Counted from the first letter of the stretch, positions 1-13,461 are shown. The stretch: 64,000 nucleotides of DNA from Cenococcum geophilum (GCA_050273025.1 CP158636.1:1488001-1552000), one strand, 5' to 3'. Numbers and translations are program-made. The notes: generated by a model from the sequence alone, not told the origin.

Positions 1-1966
1 GAAGCCAGCGATAATAGGTTTAAAGACTTTATTACCAAAAGGATCACGTTAGCCTATTACGGCGCCTTCTTAGTAGGAAGGAAGTTCAACCTTAATAGTT
101 AACTCAACAATAGTAAGCTAAAATTAGGTAAAATACGCGATATTAGATTACATAGGAAAAACCTACCTCCGCCACCCTAGTTAATTTAGGACCTTAATAC
201 GCATCCTCTTTAAGATTAGTTCCAAGAGGCTTAACAAGCCTATCTCCAATCTTATCATCAAATGAGGTCGTTTTAAAAAACAAATAAGAAGTACGTAAAG
301 GGATAGTAGGTCCTCAGCTTAATATAGGTATTCGTCTACAAGACAGACAAGCACGGATTTCTCCAGAAATATAAGGTATGCTTAGTAGTCTGCGGAAATT
401 AATAAGCCCCAGGAGACCTACCTACGAGAGCTACTATATTAGCTAGTACAACCTTCCAAACCCTTATAGCGATCACTGTAAAATTCAACCTAGAGACGAC
501 ACAGATAGATACAGTTAATGCGTTTATCCATTACAATTTTAACAAGGTCGTCTATATAAAGCTACCGCTAGGGTTTAATAAAGGAAAGACAGACAAAGTA
601 CTACGCTTAAGAAAAGCCCTATACGGACTATAACGATCACCACTACTATAGCAGAAGAATCTCACGAGCTTATTAAACGAATTAGGTTTCAAAGAAGTAC
701 CCTAGGAGCCGTATATCATACTAAAAGGTAGAATAGTCGTCTTCTTCTACATTAACGATATTGTCTTCTGCTACCGAAAGACAGATAAGAAGAAAGCTTA
801 AGAAGCAATCAAGGAGCTAAGCAAGGAATACCAGATAAGTACCTTTAGCGAGCTAAAATGGTTCCTAGGAATTTACGTGCTACACAATCATAGCTAGAGG
901 CTCCTATAGCTATCCCAGAAAGCCTATATAGAGAAGATAGCTAATTAGTATAAGATAGATCTCAGAGGGCGTCTTCTAGATACTCCTATGGCAGAATCGG
1001 AACTCCTCTCTACCAATCACCATATAATCCGTCTAACGCCTCCGTCCCCCAATACAGACCTATTAGTCCGTCCTATATCCCTATTAGCCTCTATAATACT
1101 ATATTAGAGAAAATTGGGTTTAGTACTCTATATAGCCACTATAACGCGTCCGGATATTACCTTCGCAGTATTACGGCTAGTAAGATTTAATTAGAACCTA
1201 AGCTAAGAGTATTATTAAGCGGCAGAAAGAGTTATCTAGTACCTGTATAGCACAAGAAGTAGAGTAATCTACTATAGAGGAGATAAGGAAGGAACGAACG
1301 GTAGAGGGAGAGATAAAGGAATACGCGATAAAGGACAAAACAACGGAAGAGACGGTACGCAATCATTTATCTGTACTAGCGACGCATTATTTACAGACAA
1401 CTCTATTAATAGAAAGAGCTCGTAAGGATATATTATAAAGCTATTTAGGGGGCCAATCGCCTAGAGAGCAAATAAGCAGGGTATAGTTACAACGTCAAGC
1501 ACAGAAGCCGAGTTATTAGCCCTATCACAGACAGCAAAGGAAGCTATCTTTATTAGTAGGCTATTTAAAGCAATAACGCTACGCCTGAACGAGCCCTTGA
1601 TTATTAAATGCAATAACACCTAGATACTCTAACTAATTACAGAAGATACGGTAAAGCTAATTACGAAGCTCCGACACGTTAACATCCATTAATACTAGCT
1701 ACATTAGGAATACGCAATAAGACAAGTATAATTTTAATAGACAGCGACGAAGGAGATGATCGCTAATAGACTTATAAAGGCCCTGCCTAAGTAGAGGTTT
1801 TAAAGCTTTATTAATATAATCGGAATAGTAGATATTAAGAAGCAGCTAAATAAGGAGAAGCAACTAAACAACCTTAGGGACAGTATCAGAGCAAGACGGA
1901 AGGATTTAAATAAGATTACGGTTTAATTAACGCATTAACAAGCACAAGAAGGGTCACTAAGGCGCT
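1..1966 (+). mobile_element. Ty1/copia pol 3' part (RT + RNase H), RIP-degraded
   Basis: Manual translation gives QIDTVNAF (~500), KALYGL*RSP (~612), FYINDI (=YVDD, ~745), TSSTEAEL (~1492) and KLRHVNIH (~1667), with many TAA/TAG stops. Confidence 0.9.
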
Positions 1967-2095
1967 AGCCATAAGCAAGCCAATAGCAATTTTCCATGCC
2001 GGGCATGGAAAATCCTAATTAGTTGGCAGAAGTTGGCAGAATTTGGCAGGAAGATAGTTAGCTTTAACCTTAAAGAGCTTAAAGCTAAGGGGGTG

Positions 2096-2335
2096 TGTTA
2101 GATAATCTATATTCTCTAGAGGCGTAGACCGTATACGAGTCACGTGCACGAGTTACGTATAGTGTAAACCTCTTTATCTAAGCCCGAGGGCCCTAGGTCC
2201 AAAATCAATTAACCTCAAAACAAGATTATCAATCAATCAACCCATTTCATCAATGAACAGCTTAATACGAGTTACGTGACAATATCCACCTACCGCAACC
2301 GTACGGTTTGTGGCAATTTGCCATAAACTGCAACA
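2096..2335 (+). repeat. 3' LTR of the copia element
   Basis: Purine tract aaagctaagggggtg is directly followed by TGTTA...CAACA (TG..CA ends). Confidence 0.7.
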
Positions 2336-2374
2336 ACGAGCCCCAAAAAAAATTTCCTAATAGGCACCTCTGCT

Positions 2375-3478
2375 GTGGTATAATACCCTAACGGAGTATC
2401 TAAAGACGATAGGATTTAAGCTAATTAATAAAGACCCTTATGTATTTCGACATCGCGAATACTAGGACGCCTATCTCTGCTTATATATAGATAATATTAT
2501 AATTACGGCGGCGATAATACTGGTGATTAAGGCCCTTAAGGAGCTCCTGCGGAAATAATATAAGATTAAGGACCTAGGAGAGCTTTAATTCTTCCTAGGG
2601 ATTTATATAGTACGCGACCGAGTTAATTAAAAGATCGCGATCGTGTAGGACGCCTATATGGTGAGGATCCTTAAGTCCTTTAAGCTCACTAGAATCAACC
2701 TATAAGCGACACTAATAGCTACTAGCCTTTAATTAAGAAAGCGCTATTTAAAAGACCTTATAGATAAGGCCTATAAGAAGTAGTACCTAGAAGCCATTAG
2801 ATCCTTTACCTAGCTCTTATATTAGATAAGGCTAGACCTATTTACGGCTATAGGAAAGCTATTATAATATTTAGCTAACCTACCTAATAAATATTAGGCG
2901 TATATTAAGAGAGTATTTAGATATATCTAAGGTATAAAAGACTATGGAATAATATATAGCGGCAAGCAGTATAACCCTAGAAGACTTAACCTAGAGGTAT
3001 ACATTAATGTAGCTTATGGTAATACTCTAGATAACCGCAAATTAACTTAGGGCTGGTTTATTAAGCTAACTAGAGCTCTAATTAAATGGGCTTTAAAGAA
3101 GCAATTAATAGTAGCGATGTTATCTACGGTGGCAGAGTACCTAGCAATTAAATCGGCAGTATAAGAAGTAATTAAGATCACGACCTTCCTAAGAGCCCTT
3201 AGCTATAATGGCACGGATCTAGCTTTAGTTTAGATCTATACGGACAGTGTAAATGTTTAAGCACTTACTAAGGGCGAGCGACCGGTGCTGAAAGAGCGCT
3301 ATATAGATATTAAGCTCTGTAAGATTAAGGACAATATTAAGTAGGGTAGGATTAAACTACACTATATACCGGGCGTGGACTAGCTAGCAAACGGCTTAAT
3401 AAAGGCTTTAGTAAAGGTCGCCTATAAGGCGTTTAAGATAGGTATTAGAGTTACTAAAGTCTCCTGGGTTAACTAGGC
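2375..3478 (+). mobile_element. Second Ty1/copia RT-RNase H fragment, degraded
   Basis: DPYVF...LYIDNI (=LYVDD), STVAEYLA, YIDIK, LANGLIKAL (=LADGLTKAL). No LTR is attached. Confidence 0.85.
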
Positions 3479-3792
3479 CTAATTAGGAAATTATACTACG
3501 ACCGGCGGAACCTCGGAATTAATACCAATTGACTTAATCCTAAATTTTAAAAGCTTATTGACCCGAGGTACGAGTGGTCTATTATATTTAGGTTCTAGAT
3601 TTTAGACTCTGCTAAGCTAGCTTCTAATTAGTTAGAAAGCTGGCTTCTAATTAGTTATAAACAAGACTGCGCGCGGTAAGTTATGGCAGAATCCACGTAA
3701 TAAACATCAAAATATTATAAATATCAAAATATCTTAGTATTACACCTTCCTTTATTAACACCTTAATTAATACTACTATATACATTCTAAAT

Positions 3793-6700
3793 ATGGCAGA
3801 TCCTACTGTAATTAAGTGCAGCAAATGCTATATCTATAAGCCCCACCTTAACTTTATTAAAGACGGCCCTTTAAAGAAGCTTTTAAAGCTATGCCAGTTA
3901 TATCGGTTAAAGATACGTCTTCCCTATATATTACTTCTACTTCTACTTACTTTTCTAGGTCTCTAAATATAATTTAAATAAGCGGAGAGCTCTTATAGAG
4001 TTAGGTTTTACTACTAAGAATCGTCCTACAAGGCGCCAGCGAACTGCTTCACCTAAAAATGATACCAAGAACGCCTTCCTGCCTCGCGGCCAGAATAGCC
4101 AAGATACTCCTAAAATAGCTTAACGGCGGAAGACAATTAGGGCAATACAACGGGGGCACCGCATTCTTAATCGACGGGGTAAAGCTCACTCGCCTACTTC
4201 TCCGCTATATACTGCAGATAAAGCTCCGTATAGTAGAAGAGGCACTCTAGATAGCCTAAATACGTCCTTACCGGAACTAGCTCCTATGCCTACCCTACCA
4301 CCAATACCTACCCTACCGCCAATACCTATACTACCGCTAATACCTACACTACCACTAATACCACCTTTCTTGTAGCAAGCTCCTTTATAGCAAGCTCCCT
4401 TATAGCAAGCTCCCTTATAGCAAGCTCTAGCTACGGCCACACTATTACCCGTTTTAGTAGTCGATTAGAAGCGAATTAAGAAGTTCAGAAGTATATTATA
4501 GGCTGAACGTATAAAGACGTGTAGTCGTTGTAAGGAGCGGTGGTTCCAAATAGGCTTAGCTACAAAGGGTGACAATATAGGTGTATATAAAGCCTATATT
4601 AAGGACGCCGATAGCCTTAAGGATCTAACCCTTCCTCCCCTATTTAGTAATAGCAATAGGCTTAATCTAGGGCCTATTTCTGGCTTTCTACCTACACTTA
4701 CCGCGGTAGAGAAGCTTCTAATTGCGCGCGTATACGTTTATCTACAAGTCGTGCGTATACGCGGCCAGCAATATTGCTATACTAGCCACGTCTACTGCTT
4801 TAGCCAGAACACACCAAAGACCTAAAGGCAGCTACCACGGCTACCTACTAAACTCAATATACTAGTTGTGAGGCCTATAGCAGTAGAAGGTGGCGAATAC
4901 CTAAGTCAGCAGTTCACCAAGCGGTATACCGTAAGGCGCTCTACTATAGTATAGTAGCTTTACTTTCTAAAGGTTAATCATCCTAATTATTGCGATGTTA
5001 AAATATATAGCACCTGGCTTACTAGCTTACCTAAAAATAGCTCTATATTAGATTAACTACCTTATATTAATAAATCGGAGTCTAATTCTAGTGGCCCGAC
5101 GGCTTACCCTACTGCTTCTGTATAACGTCCTACTGTTAATCCTCTACCTACCGAGCTTGGCAGTAATATACTGGACGGCGAATTTAATAACAACGTACTG
5201 GATACTTTGGTTCCTAATCTAGTACCTAACCTTAATAAATTAGAGCTTTTAGGTTGTAAGGTTTAATACCAACAAGACCTATAAGCCGGCCTAGAGGTTC
5301 CTACTATATAACAGACACCTCTCTCTAAGCGATCAGCTAGTTTTATTATACATAGTACTTTTTCTACTCTGTTTCCTTATAGCAAAGCCAATTTTAACAT
5401 GCCACAAAGCCGTACGGTTACCCTAGCTGCGTACGCTAAGTATATGCTTAAGTATTAGGACGGTCAGTTTGGCCGCCACCCCTTATTTCGCTACTACGTA
5501 TTTAATCGGATTATAAGAGAGTAAGCCCTTAACGCCACCCACTTTCTCTATAGCCGATTAAATAAAAATAGTCTATCTTTAGATAAGCTTAGTAATCTTA
5601 TAAATGGTAATAGAGATGGCTAATTACTAAATAAGATTGTACAGTATATACGGAATCTTAAAGGCACTAGACTTTACTAAAGGCAGAAAAGAAATAAGCT
5701 TACGGCTTATACTAAGAATATTAAGAGCGGGTCTTTATTCTTTACACTTAGCGCTATTAATCTATATTAGCATGATCTACACTCTTATATGCCTCTATTT
5801 AACGAATATAAGGCTACTAATAAGGCTTAGCGCTACCGGATTGCTTCTCAGAATCTTAATAATAATCCGCACATTGCTGCTTACTAGCTGTATCGCCGCT
5901 TTAATCTGTTTAGGAAGCACATACTTATAGGCCTATTTAATAGCACTAACTTTTGGTCCTAATATAAGTGGCAGATACAAGATAGCGGCTATATACATAG
6001 CTTTTTATGGAGTTTAATAGCCCCAAAGCCAGATCCGTTAGCTATTAAATTAAGGGCGGCTTTTGCTAAGTATTGGGCTACTTTTATATTTACAATTAAT
6101 TCTAATCAATCTAGGCCTCCCGATCTCCAATATCCTTCTACTCTCAGCTATAAAAAACAGCTTAATACCAGTGAGCTTCTTACTACCTACCTTAATCGAT
6201 TTTAACAGCACCGTAATTGCACCAAATCTTACTACTTAAGATTAAAGAAAGGCTCTACTAGAGCAAAGAAGTGCCGCTTCTATTTTCCACAGTCTCTCCG
6301 CAATAAGGCCGCTATATTAAAGGATCAAAATCCATATCACTAGACGTTCTATCCATAGCGTAATAATAAGCTTCTTAATGGTTATAATACAGCTATAATA
6401 TTAGCGTGGATGGCGAATATTAATACGTTACCCGCTATAAGCGTATTAGTAATAGTTAACTATATAGGCAAGTATTGCAGTAAGAAAGAGAAGAAGTTAA
6501 CTTTCTACCAGAAGTTACTCTAATTAGTATAGCCGCACGCCAATAGTCTTTATACCTTTAGTTCGGTCGTGGCTAGGTTTATAAACAAGCTTATTACCGA
6601 ACACGATTGGTTAGTATAGAAGGTATACTATCTACTTCTTAATATTTCTTTTTATAAAGGCTCTAGGAATATAGTAACTTTAAACTACCACTAGGAGGAC

Positions 6701-8818
6701 GATTAAAGCGCTACGTATAAGCTTAATAATAGGCAACTAAGAGGGTGCGGACTGTCCGACTATAAGAAATATAAGCGCCGCTTAGATAGGGTAGAGGACG
6801 TTACTTTCCTTAATTTTCTACTCCATTTTAATTACTCTACTTATAAGCGTTAGCTAAGAGCAAGGCCTTAAGTTATATTGTACTTTCCGTGATATAATAG
6901 CAATCGTTCCTATCTGTAGTATCCTAAGTTATACTATATAAAGCTTATTCTTTATTACCCGTAGAGGAAGTATAAGAAAGTGGCTACTTATACTAATAGA
7001 TTTGGGGCCCCTGATTATATGGCTTCCTATTAGGCTTATATTAACTCTTATTAGCACCCATTTAACTACTTCTATAATCGGAAACTAGAGAAAGGTTATA
7101 AAACTGCTAATAATATTAATGAGTTTAAGGGCGATTTCGCAGACGACTTGGAGCTATACCAGTCCTTTAAGGCCCTATATGCCCGCGTTCGAAATACTAA
7201 TAGAGTTAAAATTAAGGATCCTAATAGGCTTGGTGATAGAAAGCTTAATTATAACTACAACTAAAATACGTATTGGGGTACGTACCCGTAGCTTAATAAG
7301 AGGACTTATTAGTAGAAAGTATGGCTATAGCCTCTACTATAGAGCCGCCTATCCCAAATAGTAACTCCGTCCTCCTTACAACCAAGTCAGCGTTATATCT
7401 ATAATATTATAGTTAATCACTACAGGCAGATCCAAGCGGGCCTTAGCCCCCCCCTACTGCGGATTAACGTTAATAGAGAGGCAGAAACTAGCAAATCGTA
7501 TCTTATTACTGTCCTCTCTACTACGCTTTATAATATAGTAAGGGCTAATAGCAAGCCATCGCCATTAGCTCGAGCTGCCCCTACTAGGGTAGCTGCCTTT
7601 AGTATTAACGGCAGAACTATATACAATCTATTAAGGTTGCCGATAAATCGTCCGTTTAAGAAATTGCCTGCTACTAGTCTTACGCCTCTATAATAAGCTT
7701 TTAAGGATATTTACTATCTTATCCTTAATAAGAAATCTATAATCGGGTAAGTATATCTAGCCTAGATTAATCACCGCCTCCGTTAAATTTACCCTACGCG
7801 TAATAACGACTACTTTAGAGGCTTAAATATCTTACTAGTAGGCGATTTCTATCAGCTTCCCCCTATAGATCAGGCGGCCTTATATAGCAATCTACCCGCT
7901 AGGCCGTTAGAGCTTACTAGCTATAAAAAGGGAGCCTATAAGGCAATTAACCGAACAGCTATCCTAGATTAAGTTATACGGCAGAGCGGTAATAACGCTA
8001 AGAGCTTTATATTTAGGACCGCCCTTACAAAGCTACGTAGTGATTTTATAAGTGATTTAACCTAGAAGCTTCTTTTAACTAGGTGTAAGTAGGGCCTATC
8101 TACCAATAAGGTTGCGGGCTTTAATAACGCAATTCGGCTATATGGCACACGCGCTGCTATAGGTAAGTATAACGCTATTTGGCTTCGCGACCTTTTACAG
8201 CCAGTAGTGGCTATTAAGTTAGTTAACACTGGTGTAGATATACGGAAAGTTACTCCTAATTAGTGCAATACTATAGAGAATCTAGCCCTATATATTAGCG
8301 CGAAAGTAATACTAATATAAAATATCTAGGTTAAACTAGGCTTAGTAAACGGTACTACTAGTATAGTTAAAGATATTATATAGAAGGGACACGCGGATAT
8401 TAAAAAGGATTAGCCTCAGTTACTACTAATTATGGTAGATAGGTATAACGGACCTACCCTATTCACGCAGTAGGATAGTAAGAAAGTCGTTTCTATATTT
8501 TCCGTGCTTTATAAGTAAAAGAGTATAAAAGGCTCTTGCTTACGGCGTCAATTTCTAATTACTCTAGCTTTTACTCTTACTGTATATAAAAGCTAGGGCC
8601 TAATACTTAACTAGGTAGTTCTAAATATTAAGAAAAAAAATAAGACAGCCGGGCTAACCTATATAGCAATCTTACGAGTTAAAAAGCTTTTAGGGCTTAT
8701 ATTTAAACGTGGGTTTAATATAAAATAATTTTAGTTATCTACGAGTAAGACCAAAGAGGTATAATAAGAAGATTTTATATAGAGGCAGTAGTAACTACTT
8801 ATAAACGACTTTTTCTAA
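3793..8818 (+). mobile_element. Helitron-like element Rep-PIF1 helicase gene, RIP pseudogene
   Basis: N-terminal CSKC; DUF6570-like LTAVEKLLIARVYV...RGQQY (~4700); GRHPLFRYYVFNR; Rep motifs LFFTLSA (~5735), YKWQ..SGYIHSFLW (HUH, ~5965) and YIGKY (~6461); helicase INVNREAETSKS (=DGEAGTGKS), AAPTRVAA, LILNKKSI (=DEKSM), GDFYQLPP, LVNGT, TVYKS*GL. Confidence 0.9.
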
Positions 8819-9084
8819 TTAGGAAATTATATACTAGCTCGGAGGTAAGTGGAGAATATAGCATTCGTCTTAGTTTCCTAACTTTTGAATAGCTTAACCG
8901 CGAAATCCAATTTTCTAAATTTTAACCCCCCTATCCGTCCTACCTTCTTACCGCTTTTAGAGCTGTTAGATATACATACAATAGTATATAGGGAGAATTG
9001 GCAGTATTGCCGGATCAATATTGCTGCTGTCTATAGCGTTAATCGATTTTTAGAATTTTTTAAATTTTTTTTAAAGGGTGGAAA

Positions 9085-9810
9085 TGTCGCTTATATAAGG
9101 AGTCACGTGACCTCTAAGAATACATACTACTTAGAACCACATATTAGCAGCCACGACTTCTCTACACTATAGTTAAGATTTTATATATACCGCATCTAGA
9201 GCTGCTTAAAATAACTATTACCTATAGATCTGCCGATTTATAAATTAAAAATTAGACGTAGTTAGAGCTGTTAGTAAGGGTTATTAATCGCGCTCCCTAT
9301 AACAAAATCCAACTAATAAATAAACTGATGAATTAAATCAAAAGTTCGGAACGTCCAAATAAGGTTCTGCTAAGACGCTAGCTAAACCCTAACCTAGACC
9401 CTTCCTAACCTATTAAATTCTAAAAATAATAACCTCTACCGAATTAAAAATCAACCTTATCCTTAATAAGCCATCTGATTGAATTTAATGGTTCTTTATT
9501 ATCCAAGACATAGCCAAAACTAACGAGGTATAGCAGTATATTAACCCATCTAAGAAGAAAGACAATCTTCTAAAGCTAGAACTACTAAGTTGGCCTACAC
9601 TAAGGGATATACTACCTACAGCTATATTAATAGCAAAGCTAAACCCAAATCAGCTTACTACCTATAACTAGCTCTACGCTAAATATAAGAACGATTTACG
9701 CGTACACCAGAAGTAAAAATAGGCTATAAACAATATTAACAACTATATCGTTCGCACTATATCGGTAGCCTACCTTTCACTTATTAACAGCCTTAGTAGT
9801 CGGTTATATT
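9085..9810 (+). mobile_element. Copia-like 5' LTR (~9085-9304) plus gag N-terminal fragment
   Basis: TG...TAACA segment, then ILNKPSD*I*WFFIIQDIAKTNEV*QYINP, which resembles a fungal copia gag N-terminus. Confidence 0.6.
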
Positions 9811-9940
9811 AAATATTTAAGGCGTCTCTACTACTATAGTAGCCACTGCAGTAATAGAGATACCCTATATTTTGGTAAGTAATCAAGCCCATCTTATATA
9901 AGAATCCCGTGCTATTAGTACTTACCAAATCACGTACTTA

Positions 9941-10930
9941 TAGGGCCTCCTCCCGTCTATAAATACTCCCTTCTCTATACCTTCCTCTCTTCTTTTCTTC
10001 TTCCTTACAAGAGCTAGAGGTGCTCCAATACTTCTTAGTCTCCACTAAGGGATCTATTGGTTAATATAGCAATATAAACAACATCTAACAAGGAGACGGG
10101 CGAGAGAGAAGATAGAAAGGACGGAAAAGCCTCTAGTAGGTGTTAGCCGAGCAACATTAACGTCTATATTATAGCTGCCTAATCTCCCGTTTATAGGCCT
10201 CCTCCCATCTATAAATACTCCCTCCTCTACACCTTTCTCTCTTCTTTTCTTCTTCCTTATAAGAGCTAGAGGTGCTCTAATACCCCTCCCTAGTCCCCAC
10301 TAAGAGATCTATTAGTCGACGTAGCGATATAAATAGCATCTAACGAGGAGACGGGTAAGAGAGAAGATAGGAAGGATAAAGGGGCGTCTAGTAGGTGTCA
10401 GTTAAGCAACGTTAATGTCTATATTATAGCTGCCTAATCTCCCGTTTATAGGCCTCCTCCCGTCTATAAATACTCCCTCCTCTATACCTTCCTCTCTTCT
10501 TCTTTCTTCTTCCTTATAAGAGCTAGAGGCGCTCTAATACCCCTCCCCAGTCTCCACTAAGGGATCTATTGGTCGACGTGGCGGTGTGGATAGCATCTAA
10601 CGAGGAGATAGGTAAGAAAGGAGATAGGAAGGACGGAGGGGCGTCCGGTAGGTGTCAGCCGAGCAATATTAACGTCTATATTATAGCTGCCTAATCTCCC
10701 GTTTGCAGGCCTCCTCCTATTTATAAATACTCCCTTCTCTATACCTTCCTCTCTTCTTCTTTCTTCTTCCTTATAAGAGCTAGAGGCGCTCTAATACCCC
10801 TCTCTAGTCTCCACTAAGAGATCTATTGGTCAACATAGCGATATAGATAGCATCGGACGAGGAGACGGGTAAGAGAGAAGACAGGAAGGACGGAGAAACC
10901 TCCGGTAGGTATTAGTTGAGCAACGTCAAC
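9941..10930. repeat. Tandem repeat, 4 copies of a ~255-bp unit
   Basis: Anchor ggcctcctcc occurs at 9944, 10196, 10451 and 10708 (periods 252/255/257). Copies differ mostly by transitions. Confidence 0.95.
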
Positions 10931-11323
10931 GGCGGTTTTCGTCACCTAAAAATTGCATTACGTAACAACATTTAGGAACGCAAATATATACTAAATTAAG
11001 TAAAAGCTCTATATAGGGAGGTCCCAGGGGGTCTCCCCCTGGAAAACCTTATCTCTATATATATTAATTAAAGTCTATATAATAAAGCTCTAAAATTAAT
11101 TGGCTTATTACTTATAAACTCGGGTCAAAATTTACGTTGGGGGATCAACGTTCCGCATGTTTAATATTATTTTTCAGCATAGGAGACGGGCGATTGAGCG
11201 TCGTCGATATTTGAAATTTCCATTTTTTTCCCAATTTTATTTCTTACTACTTGTACTACCCTTACCTATTAACCACGATCTTATGGAGCATGGTATAGTT
11301 ATCCTAGAGGAGTTTCCTATTCG

Positions 11324-11530
11324 CTAGAGCTTATAGAGCCTGGGGGGGTGTGTTGGTAGGGGGGGTACTTAGGCAGTCTCTTTAAGCTCAGCGACGTGTC
11401 ACGTGATAGCGCGCGGGCCATCGTGTAGATATCTTCTCGGGGCCTTCGAGCCCCTAAGATCCTTCCTTATAGAGTATTATATGTATTATTCCATCAGCCT
11501 GCTCAGTGCCCTGATATTATTTAACTATTA
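11324..11530 (+). repeat. Copia-type PPT + LTR remnant
   Basis: gagcttatagagcctgggggggtg|tgttgg mirrors the PPT/LTR junction at 2075-2100. The right end is approximate. Confidence 0.5.
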
Positions 11531-12332
11531 CTTCCTTATAAAAACTAAGTACGCGGCTAAGGGAAGGCAATTAAAACGTTAATTAAAAACGCATATAGGT
11601 TAAATTATACCTAAACAATACTATAATATTAAAGATTAACGTTATAGACGTTTTTAACAATTGTATAATAGTTACAATTGCTATTATAAAATGTCTCTAT
11701 TTACTAGGTAGTAAAGCTACGCTAAATATATAGTATAGAACCACTAAATTTAAAGGTATATACACCAAATCTTAAGAGATAAGTCTCTTTAAATAACTAA
11801 TTAATACCTTAACCGTATCTAATAGCCTAAGGGTAAATATAGGAGTAATATATTAGTAATATAGAGGATTATAAAAAAAGGATTATAAGAAAGGATTATA
11901 AACTATATCTTAGCAGTTAAAGATAACGATAAGCTAAGGCTCTATATATTAAATCCTATACTAAAAGGTTTTACAAAACTATACTAAAACACTAAATTAC
12001 CTATAATACTTATAATTAATTATAGACCGGTATAAAGGCTTAGAAGTAGAGTTGTATAAAAATCCCTATATTAGCTAAGTAGTTACTAGTATACTTCTAA
12101 TAGGCTTCTAATAGTCTCCTAGTAATCCTTATATCTTTTCTCTAGTTATATTTTTTCCTTATTAAGGTTTTTTAGGAGTTTAAAGCAGGGGTTAGATAGA
12201 TAGATAATATATAGTGGTATACTAATACCTCTCTAATATCTCTCCAAACCCCTTTTGGGATAAGCCCTTATAATCTCCCTACCGTAAAATAATAGCGATT
12301 AGGGGCCAACTATAAGAAGGGGGGGGGGGCAA

Positions 12333-12819
12333 TATAAGGGATATTATTGCGGACACCTTAGGTTGCCCTTAGGACAACCCCTAAACGCCCCTTAGATAGT
12401 TACCAGTCACGTACTAGAGGCACGTACCCGTAGTATCCCTTAACACGTCAATTCGGGTCCTCAGGTTATCGATAAGGAATAGCCAATCAAATCACCTGAA
12501 TTTGGTGCCCGTACTCAGGAATATAAGGCTGGTGATATTCGCAATATTTAATCTTTGGAGTTAAGTCGCTCAATATAAGGCCTCTAGTAGTCGTCCTTCC
12601 TGCAGAACAGTATTTTGCATATATTGCAGCCAAAATGAGTGCTCAGAGGACGCGCACGCGTTGATTTGAAAATGGTGTTCCCGCACGGACCACTTATTCT
12701 AAGGACCCTGAGTCTCCACAATCCCAGAGGCCTTACCTCCTTAAGGATTTGTCTCTCTTACCAATCTATCCTGTTCCAATCGTGTCCTTATAGCCCCCTA
12801 TCTACAAAGTCCCCTTACA
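12333..12819 (+). repeat. LTR (gypsy-type 3' LTR) with upstream PPT
   Basis: Tract aagaaggggggggggg precedes T(A)TAAGGG...CCCTTACA inverted ends. Confidence 0.75.
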
Positions 12820-13290
12820 GAAGCTAAATATCTTATAACTTATAGAGTAGTCATTTCTTTATAATTTGGTATAAATTTTATATTAATAGGTATTGTAGGA
12901 GGATAAATAAATTTCGTTAAAGTTAATAAGGTCTTCTTATATAACCTATATTTGGTTTTCCTATAAATCTTACCAAAGTCTCTTAGACTAAGAAAACGAT
13001 TACTGTTCTAAATTAGCTTAGCGGACGGTGCGGATATTCCTATATCCGTGATTAATTTCTTAGCTTAAGCTTCTAAGGTAAATACAGCTTCGTCTGACGG
13101 TCAACAGAGCAGAAGAGGGCTTTAGTAACGTCGAAAAAGCTATATACAGCATCCTGGCGCATCCCGTGGTTACCGTGTTTTGTTAACCTTCCCCTAAACA
13201 GCAAAAATACCAAATTTTCCCCTACAAAAGGGCCTGCGGGAGTGACTGCGCTAACCACCGGAAATGAAGAGATGCTGTAGCTGAGAAATG

Positions 13291-13461
13291 CAGTGATCTA
13301 TTTAGACTAGAGCGGCGTGGATCTGGCGTGGGGCGCTATTAGAGCGCCAGTTTACGTTTATCAATTTTAGGAAAGCGCTAAACCTATAATTGATAAACGT
13401 AAACTGGCTCTAACGGCTCTCCACGCCGGATCCACGCCGCTCTAGTCTAAATAGATTACCG
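13291..13461. mobile_element. hAT-like palindromic MITE (171 bp)
   Basis: ~80-bp inverted arms start CAGTGATC; 8-bp TSD gagaaatg (13283-13290) / gagaaata (13462-13469). Confidence 0.85.

Noticed and set aside
4186..4440. Minus ORF with ACYKG and GI repeats
   Set aside because: Antisense shadow of a low-complexity linker in the Helitron-like gene.
9383..9397. Telomere-like ctaaaccctaacc
   Set aside because: Only about two units, with no array.
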